64,000 nucleotides of DNA from Candidatus Saccharimonadota bacterium (GTDB lineage: Bacteria; Patescibacteriota; Saccharimonadia; Saccharimonadales; UBA4665): positions 826 to 64,825 of the forward strand of contig JAQBRQ010000041.1 in assembly GCA_028286385.1 (NCBI GenBank), given 5' to 3'. The position numbers and the translations under genes are program-made. The notes below the pieces were generated by a model. It saw nothing but the letters and a program-made list of their open reading frames with translations, did no database searches and was not told where the DNA came from. This document shows positions 45,937-56,601 of this stretch, piece by piece; position 1 is the stretch's first letter; each line of letters starts with the position of its first letter.

Positions 45937-47203
45937 ACTGCGCGGCGCGGTCTTTGTAGTTTTTGAACATACCAAAACTGGCACAGCCGGTCGAAAGTAG
46001 CACGATATCGCCGGGTTGGGCGGCGTGATGCGCCTTGGACACAATTTCGTCCATCGTCTCGCCACCGGCTTGGAACGCGGTGAATCCGGCATTTTCGAGT
46101 GCTGCTTGGATTGCTGGCGCTTGATCGCCAATCAAAAGCGCCATTCGAACATTACTGCTGGCGACTGCTCGGGCGAGTTCATCATACGATGCGCCTTTAT
46201 CTGAACCGCCCAGAATCATAACTTTTGGCGCTTCGAATGCTCGCATAGCGACAATGGCCGTTTCGGGCGTTGTGCCAAAGCTGTCGTCGTAGTATTTGAC
46301 GCCGCTTAGCTCGCGGACCAACTCCAGGCGATGGGGGAGGCCGCTAAACGTGGTTAGTACCGATCGAATGGCATCCAGGTCTTGAGTGACTTGCCAAACG
46401 GCCGTTACGGCGGCACAGGCGTTTTGCCAGTTGTGGGCACCTAAAAGCTGTAATTCATCTGTTGAGCACACCACTTGACCGCTTATGCTAATACACCCGT
46501 TGTCAATAGTGGCGCCCGGTTCGGCAAAATAAGGCACTTTTTGACCATGCCCGGCGGCGGCGATGAGCCGCGAAGTCTCGTTCTCAGCAAAGTAGATGGC
46601 AATATCTTCGGGTGTTTGGCGGTCGAACAGTTGCGATTTGGCCAGCGTGTACTCGTTGATATCGGGGTGCCAGTTTAGGTGTTCCGGGACGACCATCAGG
46701 CAAATGGCGATGTGCGGCGAGTGCTGCAAATCGATGAGTTGGAAGCTGGAGAGTTCTAGCACTACCCATGAATCTGCGTCGAGTTCATCCAAGAAAGTCA
46801 GCGGCGGCACGCCAATATTGCCCCCGAGTCGCACGGTTTTGCCGGCCGCTTCCAGCATGCGGGTTATCAGCGTGCTGGTAGTGCCTTTGCCTTTGGTACC
46901 GGTGACGCCAATGATGTTGCGCGTTGGGCAGACCCGTAGGAATTCGTTCACATGAGTCGTGATTTTACCGGCTACACCAGGATTTTTGCCGAGAATCACG
47001 CTCGGCGGCATGCCGGCGGTGCGTACGATCAAGTCGAAACGGTCAAGGTCTTCAAGATAGTGCTCGCCGAGCACCGATTCGGCACCTTCGGGCACTTGCA
47101 AGTCGGGATTTTGGTCGCAAATCGTCAATTCGTGTCCCTGGGCATCGAAGTAATCATGCGAAACTCGGCCTTCGGTGTCGTATCCAAGGATTGCTATATT
47201 CAT
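45908..47203 (-). CDS. murD: UDP-N-acetylmuramoylalanine--D-glutamate ligase
   Basis: GVTGTKGKGTTS P-loop, LELSSFQL, HRLELV, DDSFGTTPE. Confidence 0.9.
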   Translation of the reverse strand: MNIAILGYDTEGRVSHDYFDAQGHELTICDQNPDLQVPEGAESVLGEHYLEDLDRFDLIVRTAGMPPSVILGKNPGVAGKITTHVNEFLRVCPTRNIIGVTGTKGKGTTSTLITRMLEAAGKTVRLGGNIGVPPLTFLDELDADSWVVLELSSFQLIDLQHSPHIAICLMVVPEHLNWHPDINEYTLAKSQLFDRQTPEDIAIYFAENETSRLIAAAGHGQKVPYFAEPGATIDNGCISISGQVVCSTDELQLLGAHNWQNACAAVTAVWQVTQDLDAIRSVLTTFSGLPHRLELVRELSGVKYYDDSFGTTPETAIVAMRAFEAPKVMILGGSDKGASYDELARAVASSNVRMALLIGDQAPAIQAALENAGFTAFQAGGETMDEIVSKAHHAAQPGDIVLLSTGCASFGMFKNYKDRAAQFIAAVQALA

Positions 47204-47224
47204 GGCTCTATTATTGCACAGACC

Positions 47225-47593
47225 TCAGGCAACGAGCTGCTTTTTGACCAGATCAGCCACCTGGCGCGGCGTCATGTCTGCTTTAAGAATAATGCCCAAG
47301 ACCCCCAGGTCACGGACTGATTGCGGCACTTCCTGCTCGCCCATATTGGTCAAAATGATAACTTTGATGTCTTTGCCCCAGTCGGTGGCACGCATCTTTT
47401 CTAGCATTACGTCGCCGGTCATTTCCGGCATCATAAGGTCTAGCAGGATGATGTCAGGCTTGACGCTTTCTGCCAGTTCGAGCCCCAGCTTGCCGTTCTC
47501 TGCCGTTTCGACGCTATAACCCTCCGCTTCAAATTTGAAACGGTACATCTGGCTGATTGCCTGATCATCCTCAATAATTGCGATTTTGGTCAT
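47225..47593 (-). CDS. Stand-alone response-regulator receiver protein
   Basis: KIAIIEDDQAI, IILLDLMMPEMTG, VIILTNMG. No output domain. Confidence 0.85.
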   Translation of the reverse strand: MTKIAIIEDDQAISQMYRFKFEAEGYSVETAENGKLGLELAESVKPDIILLDLMMPEMTGDVMLEKMRATDWGKDIKVIILTNMGEQEVPQSVRDLGVLGIILKADMTPRQVADLVKKQLVA

Positions 47594-47703
47594 AGTGCTA
47601 ACGGCTTATCTACGCCCTAAGTATACCTAAAAGTATCGCCCCGGCAATGCAAAAACTGGTCAACTGATTGGTGCTTGCCCTGCGAGTGTGATAATTTACT
47701 GTT

Positions 47704-48594
47704 ATGCATAACGAACTCCTCATCGCAATACTCGCTGGCTTAGGGGGTATGTTTGGGTGGGGCTTGGCTGATTTCTTTGCCAAAAAAACGATCGACGAAA
47801 TCGGCGCAATAAAAAGTCTTGTTTGGGCTCACAGCTTCGGAGCAACCTTATTTATCCTCATAACACTGGGGCAGGTATTTGTGCGAAATCAATCAGTTGA
47901 TACGCCAGCCACTGTAAGTGCCTGGGCTGGGCTGGTATTTTTTGGAGCTTTACAGATGATCGTTTACTGGTTGGTCTACGAAGGCTTTAACAAGGGTCAA
48001 CTGGCAGTCTTAAACCCGGTATTTGCCTCTTACTCAGGGCTTGTAGCTCTTATATCAATCATATTTTTTGGTGAAAACCTTGGTGTTGCCCTGGGCATTG
48101 GCTTAGTGGCACTTTTCTTTGGTATTGTGCTAATGAATCTGGACATCAAGGGGCTTAAATCTAAGCAGCTCAATATTGTCCCTGGTCTTAAGGAAGTCGG
48201 CGCAGCTGCGATATTGGCGGCGGTATGGACTGTAGGCTGGGACAGATTTATTGATGGCAAAGACGCCCTATCGTACGCAATGTTTATGTATATTTTTATG
48301 ACTGCTGCAGCGTTTGTCCTGGCGGCAATTATGAAGGTTACACTACGCGGCATTAGCCCAGGTCTAAAAAAGTTCCTAGTGTTGATTGGCATCAGCGAAG
48401 TTCTGGCATACCTTGCTATTAGCTGGGGCTTCAGCGAGACCTCGTTAACCAGTATTGTTGCGTTAGTAAGCGGATCATTCTCGTTGCCAACCATAGTGCT
48501 GGCCTTCATCTTTCTTAAAGAGAGGATCAGCCAGCTACAAGTGGCTGCAATCGCTGTTATTATTGCCGGTATTGCCTTAGTTTCAATTGGATAG
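47704..48594 (+). CDS. DMT-superfamily (EamA-like) transporter
   Basis: Ten predicted TM helices in two halves. The composition is EamA-like. Confidence 0.7.
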   Translation: MHNELLIAILAGLGGMFGWGLADFFAKKTIDEIGAIKSLVWAHSFGATLFILITLGQVFVRNQSVDTPATVSAWAGLVFFGALQMIVYWLVYEGFNKGQLAVLNPVFASYSGLVALISIIFFGENLGVALGIGLVALFFGIVLMNLDIKGLKSKQLNIVPGLKEVGAAAILAAVWTVGWDRFIDGKDALSYAMFMYIFMTAAAFVLAAIMKVTLRGISPGLKKFLVLIGISEVLAYLAISWGFSETSLTSIVALVSGSFSLPTIVLAFIFLKERISQLQVAAIAVIIAGIALVSIG

Positions 48595-48664
48595 CAGGTA
48601 AATAAATTTTGTTTACGCTAAAGCTTTTGTTACAGTTATTGAAAATAGTTATTAAAATAAAAAT

Positions 48665-49807
48665 ATGTCATTACCAACAGCCGAATTAAATGTCTTGCAG
48701 CAAGCTCGCCTTCTGACTCATAAAACCCCGTTCTTCTATACGAGTAAGGACGTGCTTAGGCAAAATTATGAGACGTTTACTCATTTGTTTGATGACGTCG
48801 AAGTTTGTTACGCCCTAAAGGCTAACTCAGACCCTAAAGTTTTAACCTATCTCGATAGCTTAGGCTGCTCATTTGAGGCTGCCTCCGCGTATGAAGTGCA
48901 GATTTTACTCGATCTCGGGGTCGAGCCTGCCAGGATTGTATACGGCACGTCGATTAAACCGGCTGAACAAATCAAGCTAGCTTTTGATGCCGGTGTGAAG
49001 CGCTATGCGGCCGACTCCAGGGAAGAAATCAAAAAAATTGCCGATAATGCGCCCGGTTCTAAAGTGTTTGTCCGAGCTATTGTTGAGGACGCTGGCAGTG
49101 TCTTTATGATGTCTGAACGGTTCGGGGCCCCAGTCGATACCGTAAAAGATTTGGTACTATATGCCAGGCACCTCGACTTAAAGACCTACGGTATTAGTTT
49201 CTATGTAGGTTCCCAGGCAGCACATGCCAACATGTGGGCCAAAGGTGTGCAGGCAGTGAAGCCGATTATTGAGGAGTTGCATGCAGAAGGCGTGACGCTC
49301 GAAATATTAAACATCGGCGGCGGATTTCCGGTACACTACGACACCCAGGAAGATATCCCTGAGCTGAGACAAATTGTTATTGATGTACACAATGCGCTCC
49401 ATGGTTTACCGTATATGCCCAAGTTACTGATGGAGCCTGGTCGCGGCTTGGTGGCAACATCAACTGTGCTAGTTACGGAAGTTATTGCTCGAAATGACCG
49501 TGCTAATAAGCCGTGGCTTTGTTTGGATGCTGGCATCTATAATGCCCTATATGAAGCGATGATTCACCAAGGTGCTACAAGGTACCCTATACATCCGTTT
49601 AATCCTCCAACCGAACCTACGGAGAACCTGTCATTCACGATTGCTGGCCCAACCGGAGATAGTCTTGATGTTGTTGCCAGAGACGTATCGTTGCCTGCCT
49701 ACACTGATGTCGGTGATGTGCTGATTTTTGAGCATACCGGTGCTTACACCGTAACCATGGCAAGTCGCTTTAACGGTTTCCCGGCCCCGCCTCTGTATAT
49801 TGGTTGA
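48665..49807 (+). CDS. Type III PLP-dependent (Orn/Lys/Arg/DAP) decarboxylase
   Basis: CYALKAN (PLP lysine), NIGGGFP, EPGRGLV. The C-terminal beta domain has FEHTGAY. Confidence 0.85.
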   Translation: MSLPTAELNVLQQARLLTHKTPFFYTSKDVLRQNYETFTHLFDDVEVCYALKANSDPKVLTYLDSLGCSFEAASAYEVQILLDLGVEPARIVYGTSIKPAEQIKLAFDAGVKRYAADSREEIKKIADNAPGSKVFVRAIVEDAGSVFMMSERFGAPVDTVKDLVLYARHLDLKTYGISFYVGSQAAHANMWAKGVQAVKPIIEELHAEGVTLEILNIGGGFPVHYDTQEDIPELRQIVIDVHNALHGLPYMPKLLMEPGRGLVATSTVLVTEVIARNDRANKPWLCLDAGIYNALYEAMIHQGATRYPIHPFNPPTEPTENLSFTIAGPTGDSLDVVARDVSLPAYTDVGDVLIFEHTGAYTVTMASRFNGFPAPPLYIG

Positions 49808-49864
49808 CAAGTCCCTGTAAAAAGCTTAAGTTAAGGTTAACCTATTAACATAAATAAAAAACGT

Positions 49865-50698
49865 ATGAAGCATATAAATATATATCAAAAATTGGTCGCT
49901 GGTTACTTTGGCGTGATGGTGGTTTTCTGGTTATTTTTATTCTTAACACATCGCACTGCCGGTGATCTTAACTACCTGTACTCTTTTCTATTCGGGCTGA
50001 TCCCCCTCGCTGGCGGCGTGGTTGGCATGGCCAAAGCATCAATTTGGGGAGGCTTAAAGAGCGCGCTCGGGAAAGCAGTATTCTTTGTATCTTTTGGCCT
50101 TGTATTGTGGGGGCTTGGCGAAACAATCTGGTCATATTACAACTTTGTAAAACACGTTCCTGCACCCTACCCATCACTGGCTGACATTGGCTTTGCACCG
50201 AGCATATTCTTTTGGGTATTAGGCATTGCCTTTTTGTCGATTGCAACCGGTGCGCTGTTTGCACTCAAAAAGTCACATGTAGCAAAGGCCATTGTTGTGA
50301 TCGCGCCAATCCTGCTTCTGATACCGTCTTACTATCTGCAGATTAAGCTCGCGCGTGGCGGAACGTTAGTACCACCCGATGAGCCAGCGCTTAAGACAGT
50401 TCTCGACATCGTCTATCCGTTTGGAGACTTTTTAGCACTGACACTCGCAGCGGTTGTGTTTATTCTGTCTTATCGCTACTTTGGTGGCTTTTATCGCCGC
50501 GCAATCAGTTTTATACTTGCTGGTTCAGCAGTTATGTACATTGGAGATTCAGTATTTTCTTATACCACAACCAAAGGCACCTACTATAACGCTAACTGGG
50601 GTGATTTAATATTGACTGTTGGTCTATTCCTCATAACATTTGGCATTCTGGCGTTCGCGTCAAAGCCACCTACTAAAGTTACGACAGGGGCTGTTTGA
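49865..50698 (+). CDS. Polytopic membrane protein, hypothetical
   Basis: About 7 hydrophobic helices. No family recognised. Confidence 0.5.
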   Translation: MKHINIYQKLVAGYFGVMVVFWLFLFLTHRTAGDLNYLYSFLFGLIPLAGGVVGMAKASIWGGLKSALGKAVFFVSFGLVLWGLGETIWSYYNFVKHVPAPYPSLADIGFAPSIFFWVLGIAFLSIATGALFALKKSHVAKAIVVIAPILLLIPSYYLQIKLARGGTLVPPDEPALKTVLDIVYPFGDFLALTLAAVVFILSYRYFGGFYRRAISFILAGSAVMYIGDSVFSYTTTKGTYYNANWGDLILTVGLFLITFGILAFASKPPTKVTTGAV

Positions 50699-50699
50699 T

Positions 50700-50984
50700 A
50701 TGAACGATGATATCTTCAAGCAAATAGTAGCTAAAATCATTGAGCAACAAGAGGCGATCATCGGCCCAATTGCTGTTGAGCAGGCAGAGCAGGTTAAAGA
50801 GTTAAGTGTTGATTGGCCAAAGCATGCCGTAAGCATCTCCGGAAGCCCGCAGGTAGCCGTTGACGATCTGGTAGAGCAGTACAAAGAGCTTTTTGGGCAG
50901 ATTGCTGTCGAGACTTGTAAGGAAGCAGCCTCAAAGCTGCTTGCACAGTTGCCAGCCGACCAGCAGCCGGAATCGCTAAAATAA
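50700..50984 (+). CDS. Small acidic hypothetical protein (94 aa)
   Basis: The ATG at 50700 lies 1 nt after the upstream stop. The product is MNDDIFKQIVAKIIEQQEAIIGP... Confidence 0.45.
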   Translation: MNDDIFKQIVAKIIEQQEAIIGPIAVEQAEQVKELSVDWPKHAVSISGSPQVAVDDLVEQYKELFGQIAVETCKEAASKLLAQLPADQQPESLK

Positions 50985-51008
50985 GGTGAGTAGGGTGGAG
51001 CGCTCCGA

Positions 51009-52475
51009 GTGGAAGATGCCGTTAAAAAACTAACCAGGCCAAACATGGTACGCAAAAAGAAATTGCAGACCATGCTCGACAGCGTATCTCAACAGATGTA
51101 CGCGCGCAATAAAGAGTTGGCCGAGACCAATAAGACACTGTCGTTGCTCAGGACGATAGATGCCTTGGTGCTGGAGTCGCATGCCTCGCTCAAGTTGGTT
51201 TGCGAGCACATCACCCAGGCTATCACCCAGGCGACTGATTATCCGTTTGTAGGTCTGTTCACCCGAGCTTCGCATTCCAAAGACGAGATGCGTCTTTACG
51301 GCTGGAGCGGCAAGGATTGGCTCGGCAGTGATTTGCCGACAGGCGTTACCCGCCCAATTCATTTGAATAAAGATAATCCGTGGCTCGATGAGCCAGGCAT
51401 CAGTCACACCATGTCGCTCGAAGAAGCACCGGTCGAGATGGTGGCCAGTCTACTGGATTGCTCAAAAGCGGAAATTGAGCGCGCTCTCGATAAGATGCCA
51501 ATCAAGTCCGTTTACTCTGTTAAATTGATGGTTCGCCGCCGGATTGTTGGCGTGCTGGTTGTCGGTTTCTTTGCGCCGCCAGATCAGATCACAGAATCAG
51601 ATACTAATTTGCTGGATCGTTTGGGTGAGAGCATTGGCGTGGCTCTCGACAACAAATTGCTGTTCGAGGAAAACCAGCACGTGCTGCGGCAGCTTAAGGA
51701 GTCAAACGCTAAATTACGGGCGTTAGATGAGGCCAAAGACGACTTTGTGAGCATGGCCAGCCATCAGTTACGCACGCCGCTAACCAGTGTTAAGGGCTAC
51801 GTTAGTATGGTCCTGGAAGGTGATGCCGGTGAGATTAACGACCAGCAAAAGAAGCTGCTCACCCAGTCCTTTTTTAGCTCACAGCGCATGGTCTACCTAA
51901 TTGCTGATTTATTAAATGTCTCACGCCTACGCACCGGCAAGTTCGTGATCGATCGCGCCCCCGTCAACTTAGCCGAAGTGGTCGAGCAGGAATTGCAGCA
52001 ACTACAGGATACAGCGGCCTCGCGCAATCTGACGCTCAGCTACAAAAAGCCCAAGGATTTCCCAGAGATTCTGCTCGACGAGACCAAAACTCGCCAAATT
52101 ATCATGAACTTTGCCGACAACGCTATTTACTACACGCCATCCGGGGGTCATATTGACGTTAAGCTGATCAATAAATCCGATACTATCGAGCTACGAGTCG
52201 ATGATGACGGCATTGGCGTGCCAAGGAGCGAGCAAGCGCACCTGTTTACTAAGTTCTACCGTGCCGGCAACGCCCGCAAAGCCCGACCAGACGGCACCGG
52301 CCTCGGTCTGTTCATGGCAAAAAAGGTCATCGTCGCCCAAGGTGGCTCCCTAATCTTTGATAGCAAAGAAGGCAAGGGCAGTACTTTCGGCTTCGCCTTT
52401 AGCAAGACTAAACTTGGCGTACCTGCCGCCGCTACGGCCGCGCCAAAATCAATCGATACCCAACCCAAAAGTTAG
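51009..52475 (+). CDS. Cytoplasmic GAF-like-domain sensor histidine kinase
   Basis: H-box SHQLRTPLTSV, N box NFADNAIYYT, G boxes DDGIGV and GTGLGLFM. No TM segment. Alternative start ATG 51045. Confidence 0.85.
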   Translation: MEDAVKKLTRPNMVRKKKLQTMLDSVSQQMYARNKELAETNKTLSLLRTIDALVLESHASLKLVCEHITQAITQATDYPFVGLFTRASHSKDEMRLYGWSGKDWLGSDLPTGVTRPIHLNKDNPWLDEPGISHTMSLEEAPVEMVASLLDCSKAEIERALDKMPIKSVYSVKLMVRRRIVGVLVVGFFAPPDQITESDTNLLDRLGESIGVALDNKLLFEENQHVLRQLKESNAKLRALDEAKDDFVSMASHQLRTPLTSVKGYVSMVLEGDAGEINDQQKKLLTQSFFSSQRMVYLIADLLNVSRLRTGKFVIDRAPVNLAEVVEQELQQLQDTAASRNLTLSYKKPKDFPEILLDETKTRQIIMNFADNAIYYTPSGGHIDVKLINKSDTIELRVDDDGIGVPRSEQAHLFTKFYRAGNARKARPDGTGLGLFMAKKVIVAQGGSLIFDSKEGKGSTFGFAFSKTKLGVPAAATAAPKSIDTQPKS

Positions 52476-52661
52476 TGCTGTAGCTTTTTATACACACAAA
52501 AATTCCTAAAACGCTTACAATGACCGAAAAGCGTACTTTTAAGCGTTTTGGCACAGGGGTAATTGCGTGTACGCATGTCATTACTACGAATAAATGCCGA
52601 CAGGCAGAAGAGGTGTGTATACCGTAGTAAAACTGGGCGACCGGGGAGGAGATTACAGGCC

Positions 52662-53942
52662 ATGGGAAATATCACAGAAGCAATCAGATTTGCACCAGCA
52701 CCACTTATAGAAGAACAGCCTATCCTCGAGGCGGCAGAGCAGGGACGCGTAAGCGACCATTACAACAAGGTAAATATGTTAGTGCGTCGCGGAGGTGCGC
52801 TAGTACTCGGCAGCCTGGCGATTGGAGGCATTACCTCACCGGCAGAGGCCGCAACAGTCACCAACATTAGCTATGGCCAGCCTGTGGTCACAACAGAGAA
52901 GTATTTTTCTACCAACCCAGCTCAAATTATCGGAAACGTCGATATAGATAACGTACAAGCCACAATTGCTGGCGAGTCGCAAAGTTCTAGCTCAAGAGTC
53001 ACCATCTTAAGCTATAACCGTGTTAGCGGCATCCCTAAAAGGTATGTTAGGAGGGAAACCTGTAAGTGGGTTAATGATGGCTATAACTCAGGCGTAACAA
53101 TCAATAGTAGCCCAAGCGCAAAGCGGGCTACCAGGTTTTTCCGTGATCGTACTAGGACGTACATCTGTAAAGTACCTACGAGCCTCTCTTATACCGGTTG
53201 GATGAAGGCCGGTCATGACAAGAACAGGGATGGCGTGCGAGACTCAGGAAGCAACTGCGGCAACATATTTAGCCCGATTTCAAGGAAGCCCCGTGAAATC
53301 ATTAAAACACCTGTCATCATGTTCCCTAGCGCTTTAAATCTAAAGCTTTTTACTAAAGCTAAGGCTACGATATTCGGTAATGCAAGATGCGAAGATGCTC
53401 GCGGCTACTCAGAAGCTGAATTCAAGGGTACAGGCGAAGGTTATGCCGCCGTGAAGGTAACATCCAGAGTCGACGCAACAACCAGGGGTAATATTGTTGC
53501 GCTCGCCAGCGGCTCCGCTATAACAAATGCTGAAGCAGACGCAAGAGGGTACGCGGTAGCTGTGTGTAAAGATGAAACCGTCCCATCTCCACCCCCAACC
53601 CGCCCACCATCTCCGCCACCCGTTAACCATGCTCCAATAGTTGACCTTATTGGCCCTCAGCACGTTATTGTTGATGACCGTGAGCAGATTTGCGGATACG
53701 TTAATGATGTTGAAAACGACATTGTTTCGGTCGCTTTCAGCGAAGTAGGTAACGGTAACTTTGTAACCCCAAATTACGCTGGCGATGAGCCAGGTGAAGT
53801 TTGCCGTGATTATATAGCCGGAACTACGCCAGATAATGCGCGAGTGACACTGACGGCTGTTGATTCGGCTAACAATATCGCAAGCGACAACGAATCTTTT
53901 CCAATTGAAGCACGACCTGGCGGCTTTAGGCGCGCAGCTTAA
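52662..53942 (+). CDS. Secreted protein with a Pro-rich hinge and an Ig/cadherin-like C-terminal domain, hypothetical
   Basis: The ATG at 52662 follows GGAGGAG. Signal-like segment ALVLGSLAIGGITSPAEA, a PSPPPTRPPSPPP hinge, then NHAPIVDL...VTLTAVDSANN. Confidence 0.5.
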   Translation: MGNITEAIRFAPAPLIEEQPILEAAEQGRVSDHYNKVNMLVRRGGALVLGSLAIGGITSPAEAATVTNISYGQPVVTTEKYFSTNPAQIIGNVDIDNVQATIAGESQSSSSRVTILSYNRVSGIPKRYVRRETCKWVNDGYNSGVTINSSPSAKRATRFFRDRTRTYICKVPTSLSYTGWMKAGHDKNRDGVRDSGSNCGNIFSPISRKPREIIKTPVIMFPSALNLKLFTKAKATIFGNARCEDARGYSEAEFKGTGEGYAAVKVTSRVDATTRGNIVALASGSAITNAEADARGYAVAVCKDETVPSPPPTRPPSPPPVNHAPIVDLIGPQHVIVDDREQICGYVNDVENDIVSVAFSEVGNGNFVTPNYAGDEPGEVCRDYIAGTTPDNARVTLTAVDSANNIASDNESFPIEARPGGFRRAA

Positions 53943-53960
53943 CTTACGGAGTATAGAACC

Positions 53961-54728
53961 ATGAAAACTATAACCAAGAAAACAAGTTCAACCCTAGTAG
54001 CGCTCTTCGCAGCAGCAGCCATGAGCGCGCCTGTGCCCGTGGCGCATGCAATGGGAGAAGGCCAAATTGCAGGTGGTAACATTTACCGCATAAGAAATGT
54101 AACGAATAATGCCGACTTTGCCGACCCGGCGGTTGCCGATAAATGTCAGACCGTTCAATACAAAGTTCGCCTGCACAATTCAGGCCCTGGCGTTGTTGGC
54201 GCTGTTAACGTCAAGGTTGCGCTGCCCGATACCGTGGGTACCACAAATGTTTCAACGGCTACAATCACTGGAACCAATGTTCAGCCAGTCAGCATAAGCG
54301 ATAATGCGACCCTCAACCTGTCAACCGCTCAAAAAGTTACTTACAAAGCCGGAAGCACCGAACTGCTTGATACTAATGGCAATAAACTAGGCAGTAATTT
54401 GCCCGACACCATTACCGGCGCCGGCGTTACTATTGGCGATGTGAGAGTTTCATTAAACGAAATCCGCTATGTCCAGTTCATGGCTGATATCGACTGCCCT
54501 GTGAGTGAAACGCCTCCAGAAGTTGCTGCTCCTCCAGCTACTACCCCACCTGAAGTGCCCCCTCCAATTAGTCCTCCACCGGTGATGCCCCCTCCAATTG
54601 GCCTGGTCAATGTTGGTGCGGGTAGTGTCTTCGGTCTATTCGCGGTCGTCACTGCTCTTGGTGTAGTCGCTCACCATTGGTATCTTGGCCGTCGCTTAAG
54701 CGACGGGGGCACTGTGGATAGCTCGTAA
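53961..54728 (+). CDS. Cell-surface protein with a C-terminal LVNVG sorting-signal-like anchor
   Basis: Signal peptide ending VPVAHA, a beta-rich domain and a Pro-rich stalk. The C-terminus has LVNVG, the hydrophobic AGSVFGLFAVVTALGVVA, and a basic YLGRRLS tail. Confidence 0.6.
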   Translation: MKTITKKTSSTLVALFAAAAMSAPVPVAHAMGEGQIAGGNIYRIRNVTNNADFADPAVADKCQTVQYKVRLHNSGPGVVGAVNVKVALPDTVGTTNVSTATITGTNVQPVSISDNATLNLSTAQKVTYKAGSTELLDTNGNKLGSNLPDTITGAGVTIGDVRVSLNEIRYVQFMADIDCPVSETPPEVAAPPATTPPEVPPPISPPPVMPPPIGLVNVGAGSVFGLFAVVTALGVVAHHWYLGRRLSDGGTVDSS

Positions 54729-54943
54729 TTTATGTTGCAGCACTGTAAAAAAAACTTACTTACAGATTTTTTAACAGTAGCTATAGTGCTTATGAATGTT
54801 ACTAGCACATATAGTTGACAATAGATAACGCTTGTGATATATTGATGCCATACCACAATTTGTGCCTTTTGGCATAAGGGGTGTAGGAGTAGTCGAATAA
54901 TAATTCTATCTGGGAAACCAGCGTAGAGGAGGTCATACACGAG

Positions 54944-56575
54944 ATGCCAGAATCACAAATGCCACCAACAGGCGAACCGCTTAACCAGCAAACTCAAGAG
55001 CAAGCTCGTATTGCTGAGCTTGAAGCTCAAAATGCAGCTCAAGCAGTGCAACTTGAGCAACAGCAAGAAGCTCTTAATACGCTCATTGCTGAACAGGCTA
55101 ATTTACACGAAGCTGTAGCTAATGCGCAAGCTGCTGCGACTAGAGCTGACGAAGCTTTAAAGTCATATCAGGATCTTTTAGCTGCGAATGCACCACTACC
55201 ACAGCAACCTGCACAATCAAATGGTAAGGTAGAGGAGAAGCCAGTGTATCTTCCTCCTCAAGCACCAACTCCAGCGCGTCCCGGGACGCCAGCTCCACAG
55301 CGTACTAGAATTCAAGCTCCAAAAACGCCGCCAGCTCCTGCTCGTGAAGAAAAGCGTTCCCTTGGCAGCGATAGACTAAAAGCAGGTTTGGCTGTAGCCG
55401 CCCTCGCAATTAGTGGTGTTAGCGGATATTTCCTAGGCAAAGACAATAAAGAAAAGGTTAGCACTGCTACAACTGTGACACACACCGAAACAGCACCGGC
55501 CGCGAAACCTTCAAGCACAAACAAGGCGCCCAAGGCACCCAGCCTAAGCACTCACCAAAAGAACTTGGCCCAGGCTGAAGCCGCTACAAGCGTGCCCGAA
55601 GCCGTAAAAACTCTCCACAGTACTCCATCTAACATCAAGGCCAACATCCACGCTATCTTTAATGAAAACAGCGCCAACACGCTCGACCACACTCGCGGCG
55701 CTATGAGCAGCATGCTCAAAAGCTTCAAGGTCGGTGAATTAGGTCGGTTGAATGGCGCAGAAACACTTGCTTACAGCGTCAAAGGTAGCCCAGCTATCGC
55801 TGCCAGAGCCTATAACATCCTACATGGTGACAACAACAGCAATGTATTGCCAGAAGGCGTTACTAACACAGAAGCGCTTGCCTCTATCGAGCAGATGATG
55901 ACTGCTGAAGGCGCTAAGCCTGCCGTTGAACAGCCTACCGGAACTTTCATGAACCATGCTCAATACGGTGAAAATATACGTAACGCAAACATTGTCACAC
56001 TTCGTGGCGACAAAGATGTCTTTACTTTTACAACTGCCGCTGGCAAGAAGATCTATTTCAAGACTTTCAATAACAACTGTTTCAACATCCTGACCCCCGT
56101 CACAATCGAGACGAAGCCACCTACTCCAGTCACACCTCCTGCCATCACTAGACCGCCAGCCAGTGTTCCGCACCTTCCTATCAAAAAGAAGATCCCTACG
56201 ATCGTTACCGGTCCAGTGAAGGGCCACAAACCAGGCAGGGTACCGATAAAACCAATTAAACCCGTTGTGCACCCTCAACCTAAGGTCAACAAAAACCTCC
56301 CCCCCGGACATAATGGTGGAACTCCTGACGTAGCAGGCAAAGGTCCAGCTGGTCAAAAGCCAGATGCAGCCGGTTTTGTTCCGGGCGAACTGCATCCTAA
56401 TACTCCTTCGGTGAAACCACCAACCCCAGAGAGCACTCCGTTGCCAAATGCCCCAGCACCAACCGTACCAGCCGAATCCGGTTCTGATACGGGAGCAAAC
56501 CAGCTACCAGTACCAGCTAATGTACCAGGCGCAGGCGCTCCAATTACCGGTGCACCAACCCCACCAGAGAACTAA
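54944..56575 (+). CDS. Bitopic membrane protein: N-terminal coiled coil, one TM helix, an extracytoplasmic domain and a Pro-rich tail; hypothetical
   Basis: Q/A/E-rich heptad region, TM AGLAVAALAISGVSGYFLG, and a C-terminal P/K/V-rich repeat region. Confidence 0.5.
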   Translation: MPESQMPPTGEPLNQQTQEQARIAELEAQNAAQAVQLEQQQEALNTLIAEQANLHEAVANAQAAATRADEALKSYQDLLAANAPLPQQPAQSNGKVEEKPVYLPPQAPTPARPGTPAPQRTRIQAPKTPPAPAREEKRSLGSDRLKAGLAVAALAISGVSGYFLGKDNKEKVSTATTVTHTETAPAAKPSSTNKAPKAPSLSTHQKNLAQAEAATSVPEAVKTLHSTPSNIKANIHAIFNENSANTLDHTRGAMSSMLKSFKVGELGRLNGAETLAYSVKGSPAIAARAYNILHGDNNSNVLPEGVTNTEALASIEQMMTAEGAKPAVEQPTGTFMNHAQYGENIRNANIVTLRGDKDVFTFTTAAGKKIYFKTFNNNCFNILTPVTIETKPPTPVTPPAITRPPASVPHLPIKKKIPTIVTGPVKGHKPGRVPIKPIKPVVHPQPKVNKNLPPGHNGGTPDVAGKGPAGQKPDAAGFVPGELHPNTPSVKPPTPESTPLPNAPAPTVPAESGSDTGANQLPVPANVPGAGAPITGAPTPPEN

Positions 56576-56601
56576 CCCAGAGAAACTAAGGAGAATATAC
56601 G